Positions 9,682 to 19,561 of a stretch of DNA of 64,000 bases are shown one piece after another. Below the pieces are notes generated by a model, which saw nothing but the letters and a program-made list of their open reading frames with translations, was not told the origin of the DNA and searched no databases. A program made the translations under genes and the position numbers. This DNA comes from Candidatus Krumholzibacteriia bacterium (GTDB taxonomy: Bacteria; Krumholzibacteriota; Krumholzibacteriia; LZORAL124-64-63), in the NCBI GenBank assembly GCA_036351155.1, contig JAZBOO010000163.1:4827-68826 (forward strand). Reading direction: 5' to 3'. Positions within the stretch are counted from its first letter, which is position 1; each line of letters begins with the position of its first letter.

Positions 9682-10092
9682 GTGATGTGCAGTATTCTCA
9701 GCAAGAGAGGCAAGATGAGGTCGAGGCAACGCCTGATATGGGGTCTGTGTATGGTCCAGGCGGTGCTGGCCCTGAGCTGCCGTATGGTGCAGGACATGGG
9801 ATTCACCCCCATCGAGGCGGAAGATGGCTTGCAGGCGGTGGAGATCTACCGGCGGCGCGGGCAGGACATCCTGCTGACCATGATGGATTTGACCATGCCC
9901 GGACTGGACGGCAAGGAGGCCACCGAGGCCATCCGGATGATCGACCCTGCCGCCAGGGTGATTCTGGTCAGTGGATACTCACGGGAGGATTCCGCGATTG
10001 TGCACGCCGTCCCTGGTCTGGATGGATTTCTCCAGAAACCTTTCTCCGCCGGCGATTTGCGACAGGCCATCAATGCCATTCTGAGCCACTGA
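9682..10092 (+). CDS. Single-domain CheY-like receiver protein, atypical (acidic pair replaced by Gly-Leu)
   Basis: Alignable to CheY: VQDMGFTPIEAEDG, phospho-acceptor in LLTMMDLTMPGLDG, VILVSGYS (S/T) and LQKPF (Lys). The beta1 end reads ...RLIWGL instead of ...VVDD. GTG/ATG start. Confidence 0.6.
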   Translation: MMCSILSKRGKMRSRQRLIWGLCMVQAVLALSCRMVQDMGFTPIEAEDGLQAVEIYRRRGQDILLTMMDLTMPGLDGKEATEAIRMIDPAARVILVSGYSREDSAIVHAVPGLDGFLQKPFSAGDLRQAINAILSH

Positions 10093-10366
10093 GACCCATT
10101 TGACCTTTCTTGACAAACATCTTGCATTGGACTAATTTACTCCTCCTGCGAAGGCCGGAATACCCGATTTTTTCGGTGCGCACTACGGTGCGGAAACGCC
10201 TGTGTTTTTGTGGAAATCCTGGCGTTTTTCCTTGCAGCACAAAGATTTAACCTAATCTGTCGCAAACGGTAGGGGCCGTCAGGCCAGCGTGTGTGCGATG
10301 GCTGTTTTTGTGAATGGCAGGTCACCAGGTAACGGCCCGGCCGTTTCTCGAGGAGAATTTTTTATC

Positions 10367-10804
10367 ATGAAGCCCGTGAAGACCTACAGCATGAAGCTGG
10401 ATGAGATCGCCAAAGACTGGCTGGTCATCGATGCCGAGGACGTCGTCCTCGGTAGGCTGGCGACCCAGGTGGCCACCTTCCTGAGGGGCAAGCACAAGCC
10501 CACCTTTACGGCTCACCTGGACATGGGAGACAACGTCATCGTTGTCAACGCCGCCAAGGTGAAGCTGACCGGCCTGAAGCTGGAGAAGAAAGTGTACCTG
10601 CACCACACCGGGTACATGGGTGGCCAGCGCGTCACTCCCATGAAGAAACTCATGGAAAACCGTCCCGAGGAAGTCATTCTCCGTGCGGTCAAGGGCATGC
10701 TGCCCAAGACCCGTCTCGGTCGTGCCCAGTTGACCAACCTGCGGGTTTACGCGGGTGCCGAGCACCCCCACAGTGCCCAGCAGCCCAAGGTCGTGGAACT
10801 GTAA
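10367..10804 (+). CDS. rplM: 50S ribosomal protein L13
   Basis: AGGAGA RBS. MKPVKTYSMKLDEIAKDWLVIDAEDVVLGRLAT..., a canonical L13 sequence. Confidence 0.95.
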   Translation: MKPVKTYSMKLDEIAKDWLVIDAEDVVLGRLATQVATFLRGKHKPTFTAHLDMGDNVIVVNAAKVKLTGLKLEKKVYLHHTGYMGGQRVTPMKKLMENRPEEVILRAVKGMLPKTRLGRAQLTNLRVYAGAEHPHSAQQPKVVEL

Positions 10805-10862
10805 TCAGCCGCTTTTCGGCTTGTTTTGACGCCCCTGGCGGGGCACATCCGGAGGTTTGAAG

Positions 10863-11249
10863 TTGGAAGAGCGGTATTACGCCACAGGACGACGCAAGAC
10901 GGCCGTGGCCCGTGTCTGGATCACCCAGGGCACCGGTCAGATCAAGGTCAACAATCGTGAAGTCATGGAATATTTCGGAGAAGCGGTCCGGCAGCAGGCC
11001 CTCATGCCTCTGACCAACCTGGGTGTCGAGGGCGACTTCGACATCTGGTGCACGGTCAAGGGCGGCGGCATCACCGGTCAGGCCGGCGCCCTGCGTCACG
11101 GTCTGGCCCGCGCCCTGGTCGTGGCCAACGAAGAGTTCCGTAACCCCCTGCGCAAGCACGGTTTCCTGACCCGCGACTCCCGTATGGTGGAGCGCAAGAA
11201 GTACGGTCAGCCCGGCGCCCGCAAGCGGTTCCAGTTCTCCAAGCGCTAA
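10863..11249 (+). CDS. rpsI: 30S ribosomal protein S9
   Basis: YYATGRRKTAVARVW...GGGITGQAGA...KRFQFSKR. TTG start at 10863 with GGAGG 7 nt upstream (the ORF track uses 10857). Confidence 0.93.
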   Translation: MEERYYATGRRKTAVARVWITQGTGQIKVNNREVMEYFGEAVRQQALMPLTNLGVEGDFDIWCTVKGGGITGQAGALRHGLARALVVANEEFRNPLRKHGFLTRDSRMVERKKYGQPGARKRFQFSKR

Positions 11250-11434
11250 ACCGCGTTTGGGAATATTGTCTCGGCCGGTATTGCCGGCCGGGACAGCAGC
11301 CTGGCTTGTCCGGGCATATTACACACCCGGTCGGAGATGCGGGATTTGGTGGCACCTGTTGCAATCATCTCGTGGTGTTTATCCCGACTCGTTGATGACC
11401 GGGGAGGCTCAACCTTGTTAATCGGAGGATCATC

Positions 11435-12295
11435 ATGGCGAAAGTCGGATTGAAAGACCTGCTGGAAGCTGGCGTCCACTTCGGACACCAGACGCGCAAG
11501 TGGAACCCCAAGATGAAGCCGTACATCTTCATCGCCCGGGGTGGCATCTACATCATCGATCTTCAGCGGACCCTGCGGAACCTGAACAAGGCCAGCAAGT
11601 TCCTCGAGACCGTGGGCGCCAAGGGCGGCTCGGTTCTGTTCGTGGGAACCAAGAAGCAGGCCAAGGTGGCCATCAAGGAGTTCGCCGATCGCGTGGACAT
11701 GCCCTACGTGACCGAGCGCTGGCTCGGCGGTATGCTGACCAACCACCAGACCATCTACAAGAGTGTCCAGAAGCTCGAAGAGATCGAGGCCATGATGAAC
11801 GATGGCCGTATCGAGAACTTCTCCAAGAAGGAGCAGCTGGAATTCAGCCGCAAGTTCGAGAAGCTGAACACCAACCTCGGCGGCATCCGGAACATGAAGG
11901 GCCTGCCCAGCGCCGTGTTCGTCGTCGATACCGCCGAAGAGGAAACCGCCGTGCGCGAGGCCAAGAAGCTGGGCATCCCGGTCATCGGCATCGTCGACAC
12001 CAACTGCGATCCCACGCTGGTGGACTTCCCCATTCCGGGTAACGATGACGCCATTCGCGCCATCACGCTGTTCACCCGGGTTGTGGCCGAGTCCATCGAA
12101 GAGGGTCGGAAGATGCGCGGCGAGGGTGTGGACAAGGCCATGGAAAAGGGCGTGGACATGGCGGCCCCCAAGAAGGCGGCCACCGCGGCCAGCGCCACTC
12201 TCGACGGAGAGGCCAGCAAGGTGGAACCCGCTCCTGCGGCCGCCAAGGCTGCCGAGGGAAAAACTGCCGAGGGTGAGGACAAGCCTGCCAGCTGA
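11435..12295 (+). CDS. rpsB: 30S ribosomal protein S2
   Basis: MAKVGLKDLLEAGVHFGHQTRKWNPKM...; canonical S2. Confidence 0.95.
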   Translation: MAKVGLKDLLEAGVHFGHQTRKWNPKMKPYIFIARGGIYIIDLQRTLRNLNKASKFLETVGAKGGSVLFVGTKKQAKVAIKEFADRVDMPYVTERWLGGMLTNHQTIYKSVQKLEEIEAMMNDGRIENFSKKEQLEFSRKFEKLNTNLGGIRNMKGLPSAVFVVDTAEEETAVREAKKLGIPVIGIVDTNCDPTLVDFPIPGNDDAIRAITLFTRVVAESIEEGRKMRGEGVDKAMEKGVDMAAPKKAATAASATLDGEASKVEPAPAAAKAAEGKTAEGEDKPAS

Positions 12296-12465
12296 GGCGC
12301 GGGTTTGGTCCCAAGCAGGGATAATCAACAGGCCGGAGCTGGTGCTTCCGCTCCGGCCATGTGATAGAGCCAGTGGAACAATCGAGTAAAAATTTCAAGT
12401 GACCGGCCCTGCGGCTGGTCCCACACTCCCGCCCCAGAACACCGGCGGGAGACTCTGGAGGAGTC

Positions 12466-13059
12466 ATGGAAATCACCGCCAAGATGGTCAAGGAACTGCG
12501 TGAATCCACAGGCGCGGGCATGATGGATTGCAAGAAGGCCCTCAAGGAGTGCGAGGGCGACATGGAGAAGTCGGTCGAGTTCCTGCGCAAGAAGGGCATC
12601 GCTTCGGCTTCCAAGAAGGAAGGCCGTGCCACCAGCCAGGGAATCGTTGGCAGCTACATCCACATGGGTGGCAAGGTGGGCGTCCTGATCGAGGTGGCCT
12701 GCGAAACCGACTTCGTGGCCCGCACCGACAACTTCCAGGAATTCGTGCACAACGTGGCCATGCACATCGCCGCGGCCAGCCCCGTGGCCGTCACCCGTGA
12801 AGAGGTCGATCCTACTCTCATCGACAAGGAGAAGGAGATCTACCGCGGCCAGATGGAAGAGCAGGGCAAGCCGGCCGAGATCATCGAGAAGATCGTCGGC
12901 GGCAAGGTGGACAAGTACTACAGCGAAATCGTCCTGATGGAGCAGAAGTACGTCAAGGATCCCGACATCACCATCGAGGACTACCTCAAGTCCATCATCG
13001 GTGAACTGGGTGAGAACATGCAGATCAAGCGCTTCACGCGCTATCAGATCGGCGGATAG
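12466..13059 (+). CDS. tsf: Elongation factor Ts
   Basis: MEITAKMVKELRESTGAGMMDCKKAL...; short-form EF-Ts. Confidence 0.93.
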   Translation: MEITAKMVKELRESTGAGMMDCKKALKECEGDMEKSVEFLRKKGIASASKKEGRATSQGIVGSYIHMGGKVGVLIEVACETDFVARTDNFQEFVHNVAMHIAAASPVAVTREEVDPTLIDKEKEIYRGQMEEQGKPAEIIEKIVGGKVDKYYSEIVLMEQKYVKDPDITIEDYLKSIIGELGENMQIKRFTRYQIGG

Positions 13060-13074
13060 TTTCCGCTGACAAGG

Positions 13075-13107
13075 GGCCCGGGCGACTTCAGCCCGGGCCT
13101 TTTTTTC
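13075..13107 (+). terminator. Rho-independent terminator after tsf
   Basis: Perfect 9-bp stem GGCCCGGGC/GCCCGGGCC with a 7-nt loop, followed by TTTTTTT. Confidence 0.8.
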
Positions 13108-13228
13108 ACCATGTACAATCCTGACGGTTTTGCGTTAGATTGGGGGCGAGCCCGGCCCCGGTCCGTGGTCTCCAGAAGTATGCTCCGAATCGGTGGCCGC
13201 GCCACCCCAAGGGAAGGGACACCTCACG

Positions 13229-13936
13229 TTGAAGTTCACACGTATTCTCTTGAAGCTCAGTGGCGAAGCCCTCATGGGCGAAGGTGAGCAGTTCAGCCAC
13301 AGCAAACTCACCGACCTGGCCCGGTACATTGCCGAGGTCCAGCAGATGGGTGTTCAGATCGGCATCGTGATCGGGGCGGGGAACATCTTCCGGGCCCGGT
13401 CCGCCAACCTGGAGATTGTCGACCGGGTGACCGCCGACAACGTGGGCATGCTGGCCACCATCATGAACGCCAGCATCCTGCGGGATTACCTGAGGGCCGA
13501 GGGCCTGAAGGCCAACATTCTCAGTCCTCGGGAAGTGCGGCCGCTGACCGGCGCCTTTGCCCGGGACACCGCCCTGGGCCTGCTGCAGGCCGGCCATGTC
13601 CTGATCTTTGCCGGGGGCACAGGCAACCCCTTCTTCACCACCGACTCGGCGGCGTCCTTGCGGGCCCTGGAAATCAGCGCCGATGCCCTGCTCAAGGGCA
13701 CGCAGGTGGATGGGGTCTACGACAAGGATCCGCACAAGTTTGACGACGCCAAGCGTTACGACAAGTTGACCTATGGAGAGGTCCTGGATCAGCGCTTGCA
13801 GGTCATGGACCTGACGGCCGTGACCCTGTGCAGCGAAATGGGCCTGCCCATGTTCGTGTTTGATATTTCCGACCCTGCCAACCTGGTCAAGACCATCGAA
13901 GGGACCCAGCGGGGGACCTGGATCACGAAGGAGTAG
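13229..13936 (+). CDS. pyrH: UMP kinase
   Basis: RILLKLSGEAL...GAGNIFRA...GGTGNPFFTTDSAA. Start ambiguous: TTG 13229 after GGGAAGGGA, or upstream at 13193. Confidence 0.9.
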   Translation: MKFTRILLKLSGEALMGEGEQFSHSKLTDLARYIAEVQQMGVQIGIVIGAGNIFRARSANLEIVDRVTADNVGMLATIMNASILRDYLRAEGLKANILSPREVRPLTGAFARDTALGLLQAGHVLIFAGGTGNPFFTTDSAASLRALEISADALLKGTQVDGVYDKDPHKFDDAKRYDKLTYGEVLDQRLQVMDLTAVTLCSEMGLPMFVFDISDPANLVKTIEGTQRGTWITKE

Positions 13937-13939
13937 AAG

Positions 13940-14497
13940 ATGAGTGCCGAAGTCAGGGAAACCACCGAACTGGCCATGGAAGAAACCATCGACGGTATCA
14001 AGCACCGGCTTCAGAAAATCCGGACGGGAAAAGCTTCACCCGCCATGCTGGACAGCGTGAAGGTGGAGTACTACGGTGCGCCGACCCCCTTGCAGCAGCT
14101 GGCCACCGTGTCGGTGCCCGAGCCCCGGCTGTTGACGGTCAAGCCTTTCGACCGATCGGTCATCGGGCTCATCGAAAAAGCCATCCAGGCCAGCAACCTG
14201 GGCCTGAATCCCGCCAGTGACGGCATGATGATCCGGCTGCAGATTCCCGAGCTGACCGAAGATCGCCGCAAGGATCTGGCCAAGCAGGCCAGGGAGATCG
14301 GTGAGGAGGGCAAGATCGCCGTGCGCCGCGCGCGCCAGGATGCCAACGATGCCTTGAAAAAGGAACAGAAGGACGGCGAGATCACCGAGGACGAGCTGCA
14401 CAAGGACCGCGACGATATCCAGAAACTGACGGACCGTTTCTGCGAACTGGTGGACAGCATCGTGGCTTCCAAGAATGATGAAATCATGGAGATCTAG
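13940..14497 (+). CDS. frr: Ribosome recycling factor
   Basis: IRTGKASPAMLDSVKVEYYGAPTPL...; canonical RRF. Confidence 0.93.
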   Translation: MSAEVRETTELAMEETIDGIKHRLQKIRTGKASPAMLDSVKVEYYGAPTPLQQLATVSVPEPRLLTVKPFDRSVIGLIEKAIQASNLGLNPASDGMMIRLQIPELTEDRRKDLAKQAREIGEEGKIAVRRARQDANDALKKEQKDGEITEDELHKDRDDIQKLTDRFCELVDSIVASKNDEIMEI

Positions 14498-14511
14498 GTG
14501 GTGAGTGGCCG

Positions 14512-15372
14512 ATGAGTTCATCTCAAGAATTGAATCAACTGGCCCAGCTCGGCGATGACGAGCTCTGCGACGCGCTTGCGCAGTATCCCAACCTGCCCCG
14601 CCATGTGGCCATCATCATGGATGGGAACGGGCGGTGGGCCAAGAAGCGTTTCTTGCCCCGGGTGGCCGGCCATCGTGCCGGACGGCATGCGGTGCGGCGG
14701 TGCGTGGAAACCTGCGGTCGGCTGGGCATCGGGTATTTGACCCTGTACACCTTCAGCCAGGAAAACTTCGGCCGCCCCGAGGCCGAGGTCAAAGCCCTCT
14801 GGCACTTTCTCCAGGAAAGCCTGATTGCCGAGCGGGATGATCTGCAGCGGCGGAATGTCCGTCTGGTGGCCTCGGGCGATCTGGAACAGCTGCCCGAACC
14901 GGCGCGCCGGGGATTGCAGGAGGTCATCGCCTCTCTGGCCGGCAACACCGGGCTGACCTTGAATCTGGCGCTGGCTTACGGGGGACGTCAGGAGATCCTG
15001 AGTGCCACCCGTCGCCTGGCCGCCAAGGTGGCCCAGGGTGAGCTGGAACTGGACCAGATCGATGAGGCCACCTTTGCCCAGCAGCTCTACAGCCCCGAGG
15101 TGCCGGATCCCGACCTCCTGATCAGGACCAGCGGGGAAGGTCGCCTGAGCAATTTTCTGCTCTGGCAATCGGCCTACGCCGAGTTCCTGTTCACGCCAGT
15201 TCTGTGGCCGGATTTCAAGGAGCGAGACCTGTTGCAGGCTCTCCTGGATTATCTGGGCCGGGAGCGTCGCTTCGGCGCCCTGAGCGAGACCTCCGATGCC
15301 CTCGACGGATCCGACCCCGAATCGGTGTTCGACGCCGCCCGCTGGAAGCGACTGCTCAAGGTGCGGTCGTGA
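14512..15372 (+). CDS. uppS: Ditrans,polycis-undecaprenyl-diphosphate synthase
   Basis: PRHVAIIMDGNGRWA...TLYTFSQENF...RTSGEGRLSNFLLWQ. Confidence 0.93.
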   Translation: MSSSQELNQLAQLGDDELCDALAQYPNLPRHVAIIMDGNGRWAKKRFLPRVAGHRAGRHAVRRCVETCGRLGIGYLTLYTFSQENFGRPEAEVKALWHFLQESLIAERDDLQRRNVRLVASGDLEQLPEPARRGLQEVIASLAGNTGLTLNLALAYGGRQEILSATRRLAAKVAQGELELDQIDEATFAQQLYSPEVPDPDLLIRTSGEGRLSNFLLWQSAYAEFLFTPVLWPDFKERDLLQALLDYLGRERRFGALSETSDALDGSDPESVFDAARWKRLLKVRS

Positions 15373-16250
15373 CGGATCCTTCCACACAGTCCCCGGCTGC
15401 TCGCGGCAGTGCATTTCAGCGTTTCTTGAAGGCGGGGATCGTACCCCGACTGGCTGTCATCCTGGTGGGGGTGCCCTGTCTATTCGTGATCACCCTGCGT
15501 GGTGGGGTTTTCTTTCTGCTCCTGGTTTCGCTGATCATTTTTCTGGGATTGCGCGAGTTTTACCAGCTGATGAAGGCCAAGGGGTACCAGCCCTTCGAGG
15601 CCCTGGGCTATTTCTGTGCCCTGGCCATCAGCGTCTATGCCTGGCGGCAGGGCCTGGCCGTGCCTCTCATCCTGACCGGCAGCCTGCTGGCCATCATGAT
15701 CCGTGAAGTCTTCCGCAAGGAAATGGCCCGGTCGCTGGACCACATGGCCGTGACGGTGTTCGGCATCATGTACGTGGGGTGGCTGGGCAGCCATCTGGTC
15801 ACCTTGCGGCAGTTGCCGGCGGCCGTGGGCGTCGAGGACAACATCGGGGCCCGCCTGGTTTTTCTGGCTGCCCTTCTGACCTGGGCCACCGATACCGCGG
15901 CCTATCTGTTCGGGGTGGCCTTTGGCCGCCACAAGCTGATCCCCCGGATCAGCCCCAACAAGACCGTCGAGGGTGGGGTGGGCGGTTTACTGGGCGCGGC
16001 CCTGGTGGGCTGGATCTGCACCCGCACCTTCACGCCTTTCCTGACCCCTTTCGCAGGAGTCATGCTGGGCCTGGCCGTGGGGGTAGTGGCTCAACTGGGT
16101 GACCTGGTCGAGTCGCTCATCAAGCGGGACGCAGGGCTCAAGGATTCGGCCGAACTGATTCCCGGTCATGGCGGCGTCCTCGACCGGTTCGATTCCCTGC
16201 TTTTCACTGTGCCGGTGCTGTACTACTACTTCCGGCTGTTCATCTTATGA
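15369..16250 (+). CDS. cdsA: Phosphatidate cytidylyltransferase
   Basis: Multi-TM protein with TDTAAYLFGVAFGRHKLIPRISPNKTVEGGVGG. GTG start overlaps the uppS stop; the longer 15204 ORF overlaps uppS and was not used. Confidence 0.88.
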   Translation: MTDPSTQSPAARGSAFQRFLKAGIVPRLAVILVGVPCLFVITLRGGVFFLLLVSLIIFLGLREFYQLMKAKGYQPFEALGYFCALAISVYAWRQGLAVPLILTGSLLAIMIREVFRKEMARSLDHMAVTVFGIMYVGWLGSHLVTLRQLPAAVGVEDNIGARLVFLAALLTWATDTAAYLFGVAFGRHKLIPRISPNKTVEGGVGGLLGAALVGWICTRTFTPFLTPFAGVMLGLAVGVVAQLGDLVESLIKRDAGLKDSAELIPGHGGVLDRFDSLLFTVPVLYYYFRLFIL

Positions 16251-16275
16251 TGCCCCAGGTGGGAGTGTAGACGGC

Positions 16276-17544
16276 GTGGCCATGAGCTCCAGAAATGACA
16301 ATCCCCGGGCTCTGTATCGCTGCGGTGCGCCGCGTCTGGTATTGCCGTCTCCCCTGCGCCTGGTCATCCTGGGTGCCACGGGGTCCATCGGGCGGCAAAC
16401 CCTGGACCTGGTTTCTCGCTATCCCGAGCGCCTCGAGGTGGCCGGGCTCAGTTGCCATGGGCGCGTCGAGGATCTGGCGGCCATCGTCGAGGAACTGCAC
16501 CGGCTTTTTCCTGATCTGCCGGGTCCGCTGTTGACGGTGACCGACCCCGCAGCCCACGCCCGGGCCGCACGGGATCCGCGCCTGAAAGATCGGCTGCTGG
16601 GGGCGGGGCCTGCCGGATTGCGGGATCTGGTGGCCTCCTGCGAGGACGCCCACTGCCTGGTGAACGGGCTGGTGGGCGCTGTGGGGCTGGAGCCCACCCT
16701 GACCGCCGCCGCGCGGGGAATGCGCATCGCCCTGGCCAACAAGGAGTCGCTGGTGGTGGGCGGCGACCTGGTGCGGCAGGCGGTGCAGCAGGGCGGCGCC
16801 GAAGTTCTGCCCGTGGATTCGGAACATTCCGCCATGGCCCAGTGTTTGAGTGGAAGGTGTGCGTCCGAGGTGGCTCGGCTGATCCTGACCGCCTCGGGTG
16901 GTCCTTTCCGGGAGACCCCGGCGGCCGAGCTGGCCACCGTCACCCTGGAGCAGGTCCTCGACCATCCCACCTGGAACATGGGGCCCAAGATCACCGTCGA
17001 CTCGGCCACCCTGATGAACAAGGGGCTGGAAGTCATCGAGGCCCACCACCTGTTCGGTCTGGCCTACGCGGATATCGACGTGGTGGTGCACCCCGGGTCG
17101 TACGTGCACTCGCTGGTCGAGTTTGTCGACGGCGCGTTGCTGGCCCAGCTGGGCACGCCCGATATGCGGCTGCCCCTGCTGTACGCCATCAGCGGTGAGG
17201 AGCACTGGGAGCTGGGCGGTGACCGCCTGGATCTGGAAAAGATCGGGCAGCTGCACTTCGCCGCGCCCGACCTGGAACGGTTCCCCTGCCTGCGGCTGGC
17301 CCGCCAGGCCGGAGAGGCGGGACAGGGTGCGACCATCGTCCTGAACGCAGCCAACGAGATCGCGGTGGCGGCTTTGCTGGCCCATCGCCTCGGTTACACC
17401 GATATTGCCCGGATTGTCGAACGTACCCTGTCCGCCCTGTCGTCCCCGGTGATTCCGGACCTGGCCACGGCACTTGCGGTTGATCAACAAGCCCGAGAAA
17501 CTGCGGAACGGCTCATTGCCGATCTGTGTGGTTCCGGCGCGTGA
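16276..17544 (+). CDS. dxr: 1-deoxy-D-xylulose 5-phosphate reductoisomerase
   Basis: LVILGATGSIGRQTLDLV, ANKESLV, LPVDSEHSA. N-terminal start is uncertain (ATG 16276 or a later TTG). Confidence 0.9.
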   Translation: MAMSSRNDNPRALYRCGAPRLVLPSPLRLVILGATGSIGRQTLDLVSRYPERLEVAGLSCHGRVEDLAAIVEELHRLFPDLPGPLLTVTDPAAHARAARDPRLKDRLLGAGPAGLRDLVASCEDAHCLVNGLVGAVGLEPTLTAAARGMRIALANKESLVVGGDLVRQAVQQGGAEVLPVDSEHSAMAQCLSGRCASEVARLILTASGGPFRETPAAELATVTLEQVLDHPTWNMGPKITVDSATLMNKGLEVIEAHHLFGLAYADIDVVVHPGSYVHSLVEFVDGALLAQLGTPDMRLPLLYAISGEEHWELGGDRLDLEKIGQLHFAAPDLERFPCLRLARQAGEAGQGATIVLNAANEIAVAALLAHRLGYTDIARIVERTLSALSSPVIPDLATALAVDQQARETAERLIADLCGSGA

Positions 17545-17552
17545 GGTAAAAA

Positions 17553-18959
17553 TTGTCCCCGAACACGCTGTACATCATCCTGGCTTTCCTGCTGACCCTG
17601 GGCACCGTCGTGGTCATCCACGAGCTGGGCCATTTCCTGTTCTGCAAGCTCTTCGGGGTCTACGTCAAGACCTTCTCCATCGGCATCGGGCCCAAGCTGC
17701 TCAAGAAGCGCTGGGGCGAGACCGAGTACACCATCAGCGCCATTCCCTTTGGCGGCTACGTGAAGATGGCGGGCGAGGGCATGATGGAGGAAATCCAGGA
17801 CACCGGAACCTGGGAGGGGCGCAAGTACCCCCTGGGCACCGAGGAGGGGAACAAGGAAGCGGCGGGCATCGATGCGGACATTCCCCCGGAGCGCCTGTTC
17901 TTCAACCGGCCCGCCCATGAACGGTTGCTGGTCTTCATTGCGGGGCCCCTGTTCAACCTGGTGCTGGCCTACCTGGTGTTCACCGGGCTGATCCTGTCCC
18001 AGGGTTTGACTTTCGACCCGGTCACGGAAATCGGTCAGGTGCGGACCGGCTCGGCTGCCGCCGAGGCGGGTCTCCGTCAGGGTGATGTGATCACGGCCGT
18101 GAACGGCACCGAGGTCACATCGTGGGACGAAGCCTGGCTGGCCCTCATGGTGACCGACCCGGACCAGGAGGAGAGGCCGGAGGGCAACATCGTGACCTTG
18201 CAGCGGGACGGGGCTCTCCTGGAGATCGCCTTGCCCTTGCAGGGTGAAGGCGGCCTGCAGTACAACGATCTGGAGTCGGCCAACACCACCATCGGTCGCG
18301 TGCAGACCGGCGGACTTGCCGATGAACTGGGATTGCGGCAGGGCGACATCATCACCTCGGTCCAGGACACGATGGTCCATTCCTTCGGCATGATTGCCGG
18401 GATCATCAACCAGCGCCCGGGTATGGAAACTCATCTGACCTGGGTGCGCGACGGTCAGGCCATGAGCGGCGTGGTGATTCCCGAGGACCATGAGGTGGCC
18501 CCGGGGGTGACCAAGGGGCGCATTTTCATCGAGAGCATGAAGGAGTCGCGCAAGGTCGGCCTGTTCGAGGGGTTGGCGCTGGGCTATCGACAGACCAGTT
18601 TCACGGTGAAATATATCCTGCAGTCCCTGTGGGATCTGGTCAGCCGAAAACTGGGGCTGGGCAGTGTGGGTGGCCCCTTGCGGATCGGTCAGGCTGCGGG
18701 CGATATGCTGCGCTGGGGCTTCGACCGTCTGTTGAATTTCATCGCCTTCTTCTCGGTCAACCTTTTCCTGCTGAACCTGCTGCCCATTCCCGTGCTGGAC
18801 GGAGGGCATGTGCTGTTCCTGCTGGTCGAGGTGGCCAGGGGGGGCAAGCCGGTTCCCGAGCGCATCCAGGCCATTGCCACGCAGCTGGGGCTGATCATCC
18901 TGCTGCTGTTCATGACCTTCGTGTTCTTCTGGGACATCTGGAAGGTTTCCGGTCACTGA
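17553..18959 (+). CDS. rseP: RIP zinc metalloprotease RseP (site-2 protease) with PDZ domains
   Basis: HELGHFLFCKLFGV (HExxH in TM1), PDZ segments, C-terminal LDGGH motif. Confidence 0.92.
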   Translation: MSPNTLYIILAFLLTLGTVVVIHELGHFLFCKLFGVYVKTFSIGIGPKLLKKRWGETEYTISAIPFGGYVKMAGEGMMEEIQDTGTWEGRKYPLGTEEGNKEAAGIDADIPPERLFFNRPAHERLLVFIAGPLFNLVLAYLVFTGLILSQGLTFDPVTEIGQVRTGSAAAEAGLRQGDVITAVNGTEVTSWDEAWLALMVTDPDQEERPEGNIVTLQRDGALLEIALPLQGEGGLQYNDLESANTTIGRVQTGGLADELGLRQGDIITSVQDTMVHSFGMIAGIINQRPGMETHLTWVRDGQAMSGVVIPEDHEVAPGVTKGRIFIESMKESRKVGLFEGLALGYRQTSFTVKYILQSLWDLVSRKLGLGSVGGPLRIGQAAGDMLRWGFDRLLNFIAFFSVNLFLLNLLPIPVLDGGHVLFLLVEVARGGKPVPERIQAIATQLGLIILLLFMTFVFFWDIWKVSGH

Positions 18960-19432
18960 TTCTGATCGGCGGCCTCACCGGTATCGTCGATTTCAGTGCC
19001 GTCGTCCGGCTCCCGGCTCTCCTTCTCCTCGGGGGACAAGGGGCGGGGCAGGGGCTGGTGCAGGCGGTCCGGGCGAGGTGCGTTCACCAGGGAGTCGACC
19101 TCGGTGTCCAGGATGTCGAACAGAAGCTGGTGGACCAGCTTGGCCCGCCGCGGATCGCCCGGGGCCAGGGCCTCGGTGTCCCGCTGGGCGCTGTCTCCCC
19201 AGGCTGTGGCCAGGGAATCCAGCAGGGCGTCTCCGGTGGGACGATCCACCACGGCCACGGCCTTGGCCCTTTCCAGGGTGACGAAGCGCTGGATATACAG
19301 GTACTCGTCGGGGGTCAGGTCCTCGAGGGTCAAGGGGGGCGGATCTCCGGAGTCGCAGCCGGCCACGAGACAGCAAAGCCCCAGGAAAACGAAGGTCAGC
19401 TTGTTCAGTCGGTGACGCGAGTACGGGAACAT
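18953..19432 (-). CDS. Hypothetical lipoprotein
   Basis: ATG at 19432 gives MFPYSRHRLNKLTFVFLGLCCLVAGC, a signal peptide with lipobox LVAGC. ~160 aa with an acidic C-terminus, lying in the otherwise empty rseP-bamA gap on the opposite strand. Confidence 0.5.
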   Translation of the reverse strand: MFPYSRHRLNKLTFVFLGLCCLVAGCDSGDPPPLTLEDLTPDEYLYIQRFVTLERAKAVAVVDRPTGDALLDSLATAWGDSAQRDTEALAPGDPRRAKLVHQLLFDILDTEVDSLVNAPRPDRLHQPLPRPLSPEEKESREPDDGTEIDDTGEAADQNQ

Positions 19433-19561
19433 GGGATGATCAGCCTCGGGATTCGGGTGAATGGGACCGGGCCTGGGCGGGGGCGCCGTCAGACCCGTGA
19501 GAATTAACACTGTCGAGTTTTCATTGCCAGGCTTTTTCCCTGCGGAAGTCGAGCACGAGGA

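Noticed and set aside
15204-15372. Long N-terminal extension of cdsA overlapping the uppS 3' end
   Set aside because: The extension lies entirely within the well-supported uppS reading frame. A GTG start at 15369, overlapping the uppS stop, yields a CdsA of normal length.
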